Shown: piece after piece, positions 30,510 to 40,069 of the stretch
How positions within the stretch are numbered: the first letter of the stretch is position 1
Layout of the letters: each line of letters starts with the position of its first letter
Assembly (NCBI GenBank): GCA_031388245.1
Contig: JANNED010000174.1
Coordinates: 4,263 to 68,262 of the forward strand
Reading direction: 5' to 3'
DNA length: 64,000 bases
Source of the DNA: Variovorax sp.
GTDB taxonomy: Bacteria > Pseudomonadota > Gammaproteobacteria > Burkholderiales > Burkholderiaceae_C
Program-made: the position numbers and the translations under genes
The notes under the pieces: generated by a model
What the model was told of the DNA's origin: nothing
What the model saw: only the letters and a program-made list of their open reading frames with translations
The model's database searches: none

Positions 30510-33350
30510 ATGAACATCGGCGATCTACTCAGCCTGCTGCACGAAGAATTCGCGCTGGATGTGCCGATGGCGCAGCAAGCTGCGCTGGATGCGGTGGCTC
30601 AGCCAGAGCAGGCCGCCTTGTTGCTGGAGCCTGTGGTGGGCTACATTGAGCGTTCGGTGCAAGCCAGCGCTTTGGTGAGCTTGGATGGCTGGGGCAGCTA
30701 TCTCAATCAAGTCTCGCAATTCACGCAATTGCAGATGATGTCGCCCGACAGCGCCAGCTTGCAATGGCTGGCCGGCTGGACAGCACCAGCGCAAGCCTAT
30801 CTCTTACATCCCGCTGCGCCCTCGGCAGCGCAGGCCATCATTGATTACTTGCGCGCCTGCCCGCAGGCCACGGATGATGCCGCATTGGCTCTGCTCTACA
30901 CGCAGCTTTTGATGCCGCCCACGCTCACCGCAGAGGAGGCCGCTGCCGCTGAGGCTGTGGTAGAGGATGCCACGCCCGCTGATGTGAGCCTGCAAACTGA
31001 AGATGTCGATGGCAGTTTGCTCTCAGCCATGCTGCAAGATGCGCCCGATCAGCTCGAGCGCCTCTTGGGTTATTTGGATGAATTGGCCGCCGGAAATGCG
31101 GATGCCTCTCGGCTGATCGAAGCACAGCGTATCGCCCACACCTTCAAAGGCTCGGGCAACATCATTGGCCTGCCCGGTATTGGCCGCATTTCCCACCGTT
31201 TAGAAGATGTGATGGAGTGGACGCTGGAGCAGTGCCAAGCGGGTGAAAAAAGCAACCCAGCTGCTGTGCGCGACATGCGCCACGCGGTGGGTGTCTTGCA
31301 GCAGATGGTGGGGCATTTGCAGGGCGAAGATGCAGCGCCAGGCGGCGCGGTGGCTTGCCTACAGCGCTTGATTGATTGGGTCAATTGGATTCGGCAAGGC
31401 GTTGCGTCGTTGCAATCACCGGCAGCTTTGGCGGCTCAAAGCGCTATGAATACAATAGCAAACAATGCGGATTTAGTGCCGGCAAACGCTGAAAATGCAG
31501 CTCGAAATGAAGCTCAAAGCGCCGATGTGCAAATGCTGCGCGTTGGTGTGGATCGGCTCAGCCGCGTTTTGCGCCGCTCCACGCAATCCATCGTGGCCTC
31601 TCAGCGTGTTGGCCAGCTCGTGCGCACGGCCCATGATCGCCTGTCCAGCATTGAGACAAGCCATATGGAGCTATCGCGCCGCTTGCGTGAGCTGGAGCAA
31701 ACGGTGGACAAACAGGTTGTGCAATTGCGTGGCCAAAAAGATGCCGGTGAGAATTTTGACCCGCTGGAGATGGATCGCTACGATGCGCTTTATTCTCTGT
31801 CACGGTTCGTCACCGAGGCCGTGCAAGACGAGCTGGAGCTCGCCCGCGAGGCGCGCAACCAAGTGGCTGCGGCGCAGCAGATCATTCGCGATGAAGATCA
31901 GTTTCAACGCGAGCAATACCGCGATTTGCTTGCCGCACGCCTCGTGCCCGTGAAAAGCATCTTGCCGCGCTTGAAGCGCAATGTGGCGCAGACGGCGGCA
32001 TCCACTCAAAAACAAGCGCAACTGAAAATCATGGGGGAAAACACCACGCTGGATGCCGATGTGCTCACGCGCCTGACCGAGCCGCTGTTGCATCTGCTGC
32101 GCAATGCGGTCGATCATGGGTTAGAGACTCCTGAAGATCGCTTGCTGCTTGGCAAATCCAGCATGGGCACGATCACGCTCAGTTTTCGCCGCGTGGGCCA
32201 AGATGTGGAGCTGGTCTGCGCCGACGATGGCAAAGGCTTGGATCTGCCCACTATCTACGACAAGGCCGTGGAATATGGCTTGATTGATGCCGGCGCCAAG
32301 CTTTCTGAAGATGAGGTGCGCCGCTTGATTTTGCGCCCCGGCTTCTCCACCAAAGGTGAAGTGACCGAAGTCTCGGGCCGTGGGGTCGGCATGGATGTGG
32401 TCAACGACCGCGTCTCCGGCCTGAAAGGCCAGCTTGAGATTGAAAGCTCACCAACGGCTGGGTCGCGTTTCATCGTGCGTGTGCCCGTATCGAGCGGCGC
32501 GGTGCAGGCCTTGATTGTGCGTTGTGCGCAAGAAGAGGTGGCGCTGCCATCGGATCAGGTCTTGCAGGCGCTCGCCGCTGACGAAGCCAGCATTGTTTTG
32601 CAAGGCGAGGGCGGCGCGCCTGTGCTGCGTCATTTGGATCACGATTACCCCGTGTATTCTTTGGGCGTATGGCTGGGCTTTGAAGAGCCCTCGGGCATGG
32701 ATTTGAAGGGCAAGCCTGCCGTGCTGTGCCGAGGTGCTGGGCAAACTGTGGCGTTGGTGGTGGATGCCGTCGTGGATGCGCGCGAGCTGATCTTGCAAGA
32801 TGTCGGGCGGCTCACGCGGCGCATCGCGGGTGTCGTCGGCGGTGCTTTGCGCAACGATGGCAGGCCGATGTTTTTGCTAGATGTGGCCGCGCTTGAGCGC
32901 GCTTCGCATGTTGTACGCCGTGCAGGCTCCTCACTGGTGATGCGCCGGCGTATGGCTGTGCAGCGCACACGTGTGCTGATCGTCGATGATGCGCTTTCGG
33001 TGCGCCGCTCCATGGAGCAATTGCTGCTTGATGCGGGCTACGATGTGATCTCCGCAGCCGATGGCTTTTTGGCGCTTGAGGCGCTGCGCAGCCAAACGCC
33101 GGCGATTGTGCTCACTGATCTAGAAATGCCCAACCTCAATGGTTTGGAGCTGACCAAGCGTTTGCGCGAGTTGCCCCAATTCATGGGCACCCCCGTGGTG
33201 ATGATCACCTCACGCGCCAGCGACAAACATCGCATCTTGGCCGAAGAGGCAGGTGTGGATCTGTACCTGACCAAACCCTACACCGATGCCGCGCTGATTG
33301 AGCATGTCAAGCGCCTGACCTCACAAGATGCCTCTGCCCTCTTGATGTGA
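30510..33350 (+). CDS. CheA/ChpA-like hybrid histidine kinase (Hpt, HATPase, CheW, receiver)
   Basis: AHTFKGSG, FDPLEMDRY, HLLRNAVDHG, GFST, SGRGVGMDVV, TDLEMPNLNG. Confidence 0.93.
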   Translation: MNIGDLLSLLHEEFALDVPMAQQAALDAVAQPEQAALLLEPVVGYIERSVQASALVSLDGWGSYLNQVSQFTQLQMMSPDSASLQWLAGWTAPAQAYLLHPAAPSAAQAIIDYLRACPQATDDAALALLYTQLLMPPTLTAEEAAAAEAVVEDATPADVSLQTEDVDGSLLSAMLQDAPDQLERLLGYLDELAAGNADASRLIEAQRIAHTFKGSGNIIGLPGIGRISHRLEDVMEWTLEQCQAGEKSNPAAVRDMRHAVGVLQQMVGHLQGEDAAPGGAVACLQRLIDWVNWIRQGVASLQSPAALAAQSAMNTIANNADLVPANAENAARNEAQSADVQMLRVGVDRLSRVLRRSTQSIVASQRVGQLVRTAHDRLSSIETSHMELSRRLRELEQTVDKQVVQLRGQKDAGENFDPLEMDRYDALYSLSRFVTEAVQDELELAREARNQVAAAQQIIRDEDQFQREQYRDLLAARLVPVKSILPRLKRNVAQTAASTQKQAQLKIMGENTTLDADVLTRLTEPLLHLLRNAVDHGLETPEDRLLLGKSSMGTITLSFRRVGQDVELVCADDGKGLDLPTIYDKAVEYGLIDAGAKLSEDEVRRLILRPGFSTKGEVTEVSGRGVGMDVVNDRVSGLKGQLEIESSPTAGSRFIVRVPVSSGAVQALIVRCAQEEVALPSDQVLQALAADEASIVLQGEGGAPVLRHLDHDYPVYSLGVWLGFEEPSGMDLKGKPAVLCRGAGQTVALVVDAVVDARELILQDVGRLTRRIAGVVGGALRNDGRPMFLLDVAALERASHVVRRAGSSLVMRRRMAVQRTRVLIVDDALSVRRSMEQLLLDAGYDVISAADGFLALEALRSQTPAIVLTDLEMPNLNGLELTKRLRELPQFMGTPVVMITSRASDKHRILAEEAGVDLYLTKPYTDAALIEHVKRLTSQDASALLM
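31443..31483 (+). repeat. 41-bp bipartite motif, copy 5 (in frame inside cheA-like gene)
   Basis: GCTAT-GAATACA-ATAGC-AAACAATGCGGATTTAGT-GCCGGC; encodes AMNTIANNADLVPA. Confidence 0.85.
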
Positions 33351-33385
33351 AGCCAGCGACGTGGCGATGCGCCTAAAATCAATGG

Positions 33386-34390
33386 ATGCACATGAGCCCA
33401 CAGCAAGCCCAACAAGCCATTCAACTGGCGCTGGATACCCTTGACATAGAAGCGGCGGCTGTCATGGGGCTTCGCACGCGCTTGGCCATTGAAGCCTCTG
33501 CAGCGCAAGCCTTCACACAAGCGCTAGAGATTGTGTTGGCCACGCAAGGCCGTGTGGTGATCATGGGGATGGGCAAAAGCGGGCATGTGGGGCGCAAAAT
33601 CGCAGCCACTTTGGCCTCCACGGGCACGGCAGCGATGTTTGTTCATCCCGCAGAAGCCAGCCACGGCGATCTGGGCATGGTCAAAGCTATTGATTCGATT
33701 TTGGCGATTTCTAATTCAGGCGAATCCGAAGAACTGTCTGCCATCTTGCCTTTCATCAAACGCATGGGCGCACCATTGATCGCCATGACGGGCGGCTTGC
33801 AATCTACCCTTGCGCAGCATGCCGATGTGGTGCTGGACAGCTCGGTGGCAAAAGAAGCTTGCCCGCTGAATCTTGCACCAACGGCCAGCACCACAGCGCA
33901 GCTGGCTTTGGGCGATGCGCTGGCCATGGCTTTGCTGGATGCGCGTGGCTTCAAAGCCGAAGATTTTGCGCGCTCACACCCGGGCGGCAGCCTCGGGCGC
34001 AAGCTGCTGATGCATGTGCGCGATCTGATGCGCACCGGCGAGCAAGTGCCTCGCGTGTTGGCGCACGCGACATTCTCAGAGCTCATGCGCGAGATGAGCC
34101 ACAAAGGCTTGGGCGCATCAGCCATCGTGGATGCCTCTGACCATGTCATGGGCATCTTTACCGATGGTGATTTGCGGCGTTTGATTGAGCGCGGCGTGGA
34201 TTTACGCGAGCTCACGGCCGGTGAGGTCATGCATGCCGGCAGCTTGGCGGTATCGCCCGATGCTTTGGCCGTGGAGGCCGCCGAGCTGATGGAGCTGCAT
34301 CGCATCACGAGTGTGTTGGTCACGGATGCTCAGGGCTTGCTCTTGGGTGCGCTCAACGCCAATGATTTGATGCGTGCCAAGGTGATCTGA
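33386..34390 (+). CDS. kdsD: Arabinose-5-phosphate isomerase (KpsF/GutQ; SIS plus CBS)
   Basis: GMGKSGHV, HPAEASHGDLG, EACPLNLAPTAST, HPGGSLG, TDGDLRR. Confidence 0.95.
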   Translation: MHMSPQQAQQAIQLALDTLDIEAAAVMGLRTRLAIEASAAQAFTQALEIVLATQGRVVIMGMGKSGHVGRKIAATLASTGTAAMFVHPAEASHGDLGMVKAIDSILAISNSGESEELSAILPFIKRMGAPLIAMTGGLQSTLAQHADVVLDSSVAKEACPLNLAPTASTTAQLALGDALAMALLDARGFKAEDFARSHPGGSLGRKLLMHVRDLMRTGEQVPRVLAHATFSELMREMSHKGLGASAIVDASDHVMGIFTDGDLRRLIERGVDLRELTAGEVMHAGSLAVSPDALAVEAAELMELHRITSVLVTDAQGLLLGALNANDLMRAKVI

Positions 34391-34405
34391 AGCGGCGCTG
34401 ATCTC

Positions 34406-35035
34406 ATGTCCACGCCGCAAATTCTTCGCAAGCTGATAGGCCGCGCCACCTTGTATTTGCCTGTTGCCATGATGGGGCTGCTGGCCTTGGGCAGTTGGTG
34501 GCTGGCGCGCAACACGCCCAGCATTGCCGTTGCGGCGCCAGAGCAAGCGCAGCGAAAAGAGCCTGATTATTTCCTGACGAATTTTTCTGTGAAAAGCTTC
34601 GATGCCCAAGGCTTGCTGACGAGTGAAATCTTTGGCAGCAAAGCACGGCATTTCCCGGCAACCGATGTGCTGGAGATTGACCAAGCACGTTTTAGCTCCA
34701 GCAAAGGGGCGCGACAAACCACAGGCCGTGGGGACCGCGCTTACAGCAATGGCGATGGCTCGGAAGTCCAGCTCGTAGGCAACGCGGTGGTGGTGCGCGC
34801 AGCAGGGCAAGACGCCTTGGGTCGCGAGCAGCCTCGTGTAGAGTTTCGTGGCGATTTTTTACATGCTTTTTTGCGCACCGAAGAATTGAAATCACACCAA
34901 CCCGTCACCGTCGTGCGCGGAGCGGATCAGTTCAGCGGCGATGCGATGACATACAACAAAATCGATGGCATCGTTCAGCTCAATGGCCGAGTGCGCGTGC
35001 GTCTCGAATCCAGGGCCAAGCTTGATCAACGCTGA
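34406..35035 (+). CDS. lptC: LPS export periplasmic protein LptC
   Basis: N-terminal TM, PDYF motif, beta-rich body, position after kdsD. Confidence 0.85.
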   Translation: MSTPQILRKLIGRATLYLPVAMMGLLALGSWWLARNTPSIAVAAPEQAQRKEPDYFLTNFSVKSFDAQGLLTSEIFGSKARHFPATDVLEIDQARFSSSKGARQTTGRGDRAYSNGDGSEVQLVGNAVVVRAAGQDALGREQPRVEFRGDFLHAFLRTEELKSHQPVTVVRGADQFSGDAMTYNKIDGIVQLNGRVRVRLESRAKLDQR

Positions 35036-35061
35036 AATCACGACTTCAAATACCAATCTTC

Positions 35062-35853
35062 ATGACCGCTCCCCTCGTCTTCATCACTGGCGCATCCAGT
35101 GGCATTGGCCAAGCGCTGGCATGGCGCTTCTATCTAGCAGGCTATCGCTTGGCATTGGTTGCACGCCGTGTTTCTGAGGTCGAATCATGGGTTAGCCGGC
35201 ATAAAATAAGCACAGAGTGCTATGGTATTTATAGTGCTGATGTGGCACAAACCGATAGCATCGTGCAAGCGGGGCAAGATTGCATCGTGCGCCAAGGCAT
35301 GCCCGATGTGGTGATTGCCAATGCAGGCATCAGCATCGGCATGGACAGCGCGATTCGCGAAGACATCGACGTGCTCGCGCAAACATTCGCCACCAACAAC
35401 ATCGGCTTGGCTGCAACCTTTCATCCTTTCATTGCTGGCATGGCGCAAAGAAAAAGCGGCACATTGGTCGGCATTGCGAGTGTGGCGGGCATTCGTGGGC
35501 TGCCCGGGCATGGCGCGTATTGTGCGAGCAAAGCGGCTGTGATCAGTTATTGCGAAAGCCTGCGCGGTGAGCTGCGCGCTCAGACGGGCAAGCATGGCGT
35601 GAAGGTGGTGACGATTGCACCCGGCTATGTGGCCACGCCGCTCACCGCGCAAAATTCCTACAGCATGCCTTTTCTGATGCAACCCGAAGATTTTGCAGAT
35701 CAGGCGTTTAACGCGATCACGGCGGGGTCTAGCTACCGCGTGATTCCTTGGCAAATGGGCATCGTGGCCAAGCTTCTGCGCTTGCTGCCCAATTGGCTCT
35801 ATGACAAAGCCTTAGCAGGCCGCCCACGCAAGAAACGCAAGCAGGCTCTGTAA
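35062..35853 (+). CDS. Short-chain dehydrogenase/reductase
   Basis: TGASSGIG, ANAG, YCASK, PGYVATP. Confidence 0.9.
   Translation: MTAPLVFITGASSGIGQALAWRFYLAGYRLALVARRVSEVESWVSRHKISTECYGIYSADVAQTDSIVQAGQDCIVRQGMPDVVIANAGISIGMDSAIREDIDVLAQTFATNNIGLAATFHPFIAGMAQRKSGTLVGIASVAGIRGLPGHGAYCASKAAVISYCESLRGELRAQTGKHGVKVVTIAPGYVATPLTAQNSYSMPFLMQPEDFADQAFNAITAGSSYRVIPWQMGIVAKLLRLLPNWLYDKALAGRPRKKRKQAL
35195..35235 (-). repeat. 41-bp bipartite motif, copy 6 (in frame inside SDR gene)
   Basis: Reverse complement ACTAT-AAATACC-ATAGC-ACTCTGTGCTTATTTTAT-GCCGGC; encodes SRHKISTECYGIYS. Confidence 0.85.
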
Positions 35854-35868
35854 GCGCATCCCAAAGCC

Positions 35869-36828
35869 TTAGAGCACGCCCTTTTCTTTGTAGAAACGCA
35901 TTGCGCCAGAATGGAACGGCACGACACGATTGAGCGGCGCGTTCTGCATGCGTGTGGGCGCTGCGCTGGTGTGAATCTGTACGGGGTTGTCTAGAGAAAG
36001 CACTTGACGCGTGATCCAGTAGGCATCGGCTTCTGGGAACTCAGCATGCGCCATCACGAAATTCCAAGCAGCCACGGATTGAACGGCTTGAGTCTGTCCG
36101 CGATAGGTATTACTCGCGATCTGGGCAGGGCTCAAAAATGCAAATCGTTTGAGCATGGCTGTCTGCGCTTCATCGCTCAGACCAAATACGATTGCTTCAG
36201 TGCTGTCAGCTACTTGCTTGAGCGCTGGAATGGGCAGCGCTGCCCCTTGCCAGAGCGCATCGATTTGGCCAGAGAGCAAATCCGTGGCCAATGCAGCCGG
36301 TGTGCCGTTGACGATTTTTGCGTTAACGCCCGTCACCTCCAGCAAGCCTTTGAAGAAACTCTCCGCTGGTCCACCTGCGGGCCCCACGCCCACGCGTTTG
36401 TCGCGCAAGCCTACCACCGAATCAATCCCCGAACGGCGCAGCGCTGCGATTTGAAAGGAGGTCTCGTACATCGGAAACAGCGCACGCAAATGGGTAAATT
36501 TCTGGCCTTGAGTCCAAGAGCCCGTGCCATTCAGTGCTTCATGCGCTGTGCCGAGAAACACCGTTGCAAGTTGCTGCTTTTCTACGTCGATTTTGCGGAT
36601 GTTCTCAATCGAACCGGCTGAAGTTAAAGCTTGTGCCTTCAAACCTTGGCTGCGCAAAACTTGCGCCAAGCCTTGCGCGTAAGGCAAAAATGCGCTGCCT
36701 TGGCCGGCGCTGTAAATGCCCACCTCGGCAAGTGTGGGGCGAGCAGGTGCAGGACTGGCGCAGCCGATGAAGCTCAGGCTGCCGGCGCTGGCGGAACTGA
36801 GCATGAGGGCACGGCGAGAGAAGTGCAT
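35869..36828 (-). CDS. TAXI-family TRAP solute receptor, probable Tat lipoprotein
   Basis: SRRALM leader with IGC, GSIENI, PFHSGA.RFYKE. Confidence 0.85.
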   Translation of the reverse strand: MHFSRRALMLSSASAGSLSFIGCASPAPARPTLAEVGIYSAGQGSAFLPYAQGLAQVLRSQGLKAQALTSAGSIENIRKIDVEKQQLATVFLGTAHEALNGTGSWTQGQKFTHLRALFPMYETSFQIAALRRSGIDSVVGLRDKRVGVGPAGGPAESFFKGLLEVTGVNAKIVNGTPAALATDLLSGQIDALWQGAALPIPALKQVADSTEAIVFGLSDEAQTAMLKRFAFLSPAQIASNTYRGQTQAVQSVAAWNFVMAHAEFPEADAYWITRQVLSLDNPVQIHTSAAPTRMQNAPLNRVVPFHSGAMRFYKEKGVL

Positions 36829-36923
36829 GTGTGTCTCCAAAAAGATTTGGCATCTCATGATGCGGTAGAAAATGATGATCAGCAACGAATTCTGCGCATC
36901 AGATCATGCCCATCGGTCATGGA

Positions 36924-37919
36924 TCACAGCGCAACGCGCTGCCCCAGCCGCACAGTCGTCACACCTGGACGCAGTTGGCGGACTGATGGCATCACGAGAA
37001 CGCAGTTGTCGTATGGCGTGGTGATTGGCTGACCATTGTCGTGCGCGATCACTGTGCCTGCATGCGCGATCACTTCGTTGCCCCTGTATGCCTCAGAAAA
37101 TTCAAAGTTCATGCTGTGTGCCTGCACTGCATGCGTCACTTTCACAGGTGCAGGCGCTGCACGATCAGGTGCGAGCCAGCCTTGCAAGCCAGCGGCGATC
37201 ACCTCTTGCATGCCAAGGATTTCAACGCGCAGCAAGAAGCGCAACACAACATCTCGCGCCGCAGCGACGGCGGCATGCTGCCAATGCTGCCCCGCTTCGA
37301 GCAGCAGCGCAATTTTTTCACCACTTTCGTTGCCAAAGCCAGCGAAATCTCGCATGCGCACGCCATCTTTATGCCCCGCATCCATCACGATCTGCCCCAC
37401 GCCACCGAGCGATTGCGCGAAGGCCACGTTGCGCGGTAGCAAACCTGTGATCAAGAGTGGCTCGCAGGGCTCGTGCATCGAATGCAAATCCAGCAAATGC
37501 GTGGCACGCTCAACAAAGCAGCGAATCTCACGCGCGCGAGACAGCTCGCTGCTTTGCTGTGAACCATCGAGTAAGGCAGCATCCCACACGCGGTTCATGT
37601 CTTGATCGACAAAGCGAGAAGCATCGGGCTGCGCTGCATCAAAGCCTGCAAATCCATCCACATTGGCAAACACGGCGGTCAAACGACCGCGATTGAGCAT
37701 GAGCTGGCCTGCACTGAGCAAGGCAAGTAATTCGCTCATCACCATTGCACCGCTGTATTCGTTGCCGTGAATCAGCGATGTGATCAACACATCCGCGCCG
37801 GGCTCGCTGGCGGTGAATTCATGTGCAAAAGGAATGTCTGCACTGCGACTGCGCGCCCAACGGGTCAGGTCAGGCGGCTGTATCTCTACAGCATGCGGCT
37901 TCTGGACAGCTCGCATCAA
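36924..37919 (-). CDS. Succinylglutamate desuccinylase/aspartoacylase (M14) family hydrolase
   Basis: HGNE, DMNRVW, LLDLHSM, EAGQH. Confidence 0.85.
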   Translation of the reverse strand: MMRAVQKPHAVEIQPPDLTRWARSRSADIPFAHEFTASEPGADVLITSLIHGNEYSGAMVMSELLALLSAGQLMLNRGRLTAVFANVDGFAGFDAAQPDASRFVDQDMNRVWDAALLDGSQQSSELSRAREIRCFVERATHLLDLHSMHEPCEPLLITGLLPRNVAFAQSLGGVGQIVMDAGHKDGVRMRDFAGFGNESGEKIALLLEAGQHWQHAAVAAARDVVLRFLLRVEILGMQEVIAAGLQGWLAPDRAAPAPVKVTHAVQAHSMNFEFSEAYRGNEVIAHAGTVIAHDNGQPITTPYDNCVLVMPSVRQLRPGVTTVRLGQRVAL

Positions 37920-38914
37920 GACTCCTTGATCTTGGCAAACTCAACAATGCGCTTGTAATTCGCTATCTCGCTTTTTTGGTAATCCGCCAGCGATTGGTTG
38001 GGTGCAAAAAACGATGCGCCTGCCGCTTCTAGCTTGCTGCGTACTTCTGGCGTTGCCATCACTTCAGCCAATGCGATTTGCAAACGTTGCGTCACAGGCG
38101 CTGGCATGCCGGCAGGCCCCCAAAGGCCAAACCAGCTAGAGATCTTCACGTTTTTGAGCTGCGGATGCTCCGACAGAGCTGCGATCTCAGGCGCGGCTTT
38201 AGAGCGCTGACCTTCCGTGACACCGAGCGCCACGACTTTGCCGCTTTTGATGTGCGGCAAGCCACTGGACAGCACAAACACACCAAAATCAAGTTGGCCG
38301 CCAATCAAATCATTGGTCAGGGGCGCCACACCGCGATAAGGGATATGAACCAAGAAGCTGCCTGAGGCCTCCTTGACCATCTCGCCCGCCAAATTCAGCG
38401 CCGTGCCCACGCCCGAAGAGCCATAGCTGTATTTGCCAGGGTTGGCTTTGACCAATCGGAGGAATTCATCGGCTGTTTTCACATTCATTTTGGTGGAAGC
38501 CACCAACACCATCGGCTGCGATGCAATCAAGCCCACAGGGGTGAAGCTGGCCATGCTGTCGTAGCGCACCGAAGATGAGACGAGTTTGCTGATCGCCATT
38601 TCGTTGTTCGCGCCAACGATGAGCGTGTAGCCATCCGGTGCAGCGGATGCGACTTTTTGCGCACCGAGCGCACCGCCTGCGCCGCCCACGTTGTCCACAA
38701 TCACCGTCGTGCCAAGCTTTTTAGCCAACTCCGCGGCCACGGTACGTGCTGTGAAATCCGTGCTGCCACCGGGCGGATAGCCCACCACGATGGTGATGGG
38801 TTTGCTGCCCGGATAGCTTTGCGCATGTGCTGTGCCCAGAACTGTGGAAGCTGTTGCTGCGCCAGCATAGCGCAACACATTGCGGCGTTGGGTCGATGTG
38901 AGGGTCGAATGCAT
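37916..38914 (-). CDS. Bug/TctC tripartite tricarboxylate transporter substrate-binding protein
   Basis: YPPGGSTD, GAGGALG, PDGYT, GSSGVG, HIPYRG, WFGL. Confidence 0.93.
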   Translation of the reverse strand: MHSTLTSTQRRNVLRYAGAATASTVLGTAHAQSYPGSKPITIVVGYPPGGSTDFTARTVAAELAKKLGTTVIVDNVGGAGGALGAQKVASAAPDGYTLIVGANNEMAISKLVSSSVRYDSMASFTPVGLIASQPMVLVASTKMNVKTADEFLRLVKANPGKYSYGSSGVGTALNLAGEMVKEASGSFLVHIPYRGVAPLTNDLIGGQLDFGVFVLSSGLPHIKSGKVVALGVTEGQRSKAAPEIAALSEHPQLKNVKISSWFGLWGPAGMPAPVTQRLQIALAEVMATPEVRSKLEAAGASFFAPNQSLADYQKSEIANYKRIVEFAKIKES

Positions 38915-38947
38915 GAAGAGTCCTTCAATAAAAATTCAAGAAATAAA

Positions 38948-39970
38948 TTAAGAAGCCAAGCCAGTAGCCGCACGCATCACCACAGATTTCACGCGCGTGG
39001 TTTCTTGGCGAATAAAACTACTCAATTGTGCCGGGCTGCCGCCGTCATTGCTAATGCCACCGGCTTGCAGCTTTTGCCACACGGCGGGATCGCGCAAACA
39101 TTCATTCAAAGCTTGGTTCAAACGCGTGATCATAGGCGCTGGCATTTTTGCTGGGCCAAACAAACCGAACCACACATTCATATCGTAGCCCTTGAGGCGC
39201 GGATGCTCGTTCATGGCGGGCACTTGCGGCGCAGCGCGTGAACGCTGTGCTGTGGTCACAGCTATCGCGATCGCTTTGCCTGATTCAATATGCGGCATGG
39301 CTGATGAGAGCACAGAGACGCTGTATTCGATATTGCCACCGAGCAAATCCTGCATCTGCTGCGCTGCGCCTCGGTACGGCACATGACGCAAATTGCTGCC
39401 GCTCATCATGTTGAGCAGCTCACCGCTGATATGAAGTGGCGTGCCCACGCCTGAGGAGGCGAAGCTAAATCGCTTGGGCTCTGCCTTGGATTTGCTGATC
39501 ACATCATCGAGCGTTTTAATGCCCAGCTTGGGCGCAGCGAGCAACACCATCGGCGTGCTGCCGATCAGGCCGATGTGCGAGAGATCGGTCTCGCCGTTGT
39601 AGCGCACGGCAGAATTGAACAAGCGCGCAATCGAGATTTCGCTGCCTGAGCCGAGCAGCAACGTGTAGCCATCAGGCGCGGCGTTGACGGCCTTTTGCGC
39701 GCCGATGGTGCCTCCCGCGCCTGCGGCGTTTTCAATGATCACGGTGGCCCCCAAGCGCTTGCCCAACGCTTCGCCAATGGTGCGCGCCACCATGTCCGTG
39801 CTGCCGCCCGGCGGATAGCCCACCAGCAAAGTGATCGCCTTGCCTTGCGGCCAGCCAGAAGCGGGGTTTTGTGCCCACGCCTTGCTTGAAAGACCGACAA
39901 CGGCCGCAGGCAGCAAACCAGAGAGCCTGAGCAACTGACGACGTTGAATGTGCGAGACGGTTGGCAGCAT
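38948..39970 (-). CDS. Bug/TctC tripartite tricarboxylate transporter substrate-binding protein
   Basis: RRQLL leader, YPPGGSTD, PDGYTL, HVPYRG. Confidence 0.93.
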   Translation of the reverse strand: MLPTVSHIQRRQLLRLSGLLPAAVVGLSSKAWAQNPASGWPQGKAITLLVGYPPGGSTDMVARTIGEALGKRLGATVIIENAAGAGGTIGAQKAVNAAPDGYTLLLGSGSEISIARLFNSAVRYNGETDLSHIGLIGSTPMVLLAAPKLGIKTLDDVISKSKAEPKRFSFASSGVGTPLHISGELLNMMSGSNLRHVPYRGAAQQMQDLLGGNIEYSVSVLSSAMPHIESGKAIAIAVTTAQRSRAAPQVPAMNEHPRLKGYDMNVWFGLFGPAKMPAPMITRLNQALNECLRDPAVWQKLQAGGISNDGGSPAQLSSFIRQETTRVKSVVMRAATGLAS

Positions 39971-40039
39971 GACGAAACTCCTGTGCATACCCAGTGCATG
40001 CATTGAGCAGAAGTATCAGGATATGACTGTCTCGCGCGT

Positions 40040-40054
40040 ATGCGTTGTGCGCAT
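40040..40054. promoter_or_regulatory. LysR-type box upstream of the Bug operon
   Basis: ATGC-N7-GCAT (T-N11-A) between LysR gene and first Bug gene. Confidence 0.5.
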
Positions 40055-40069
40055 GCGCCCATGTGATTC

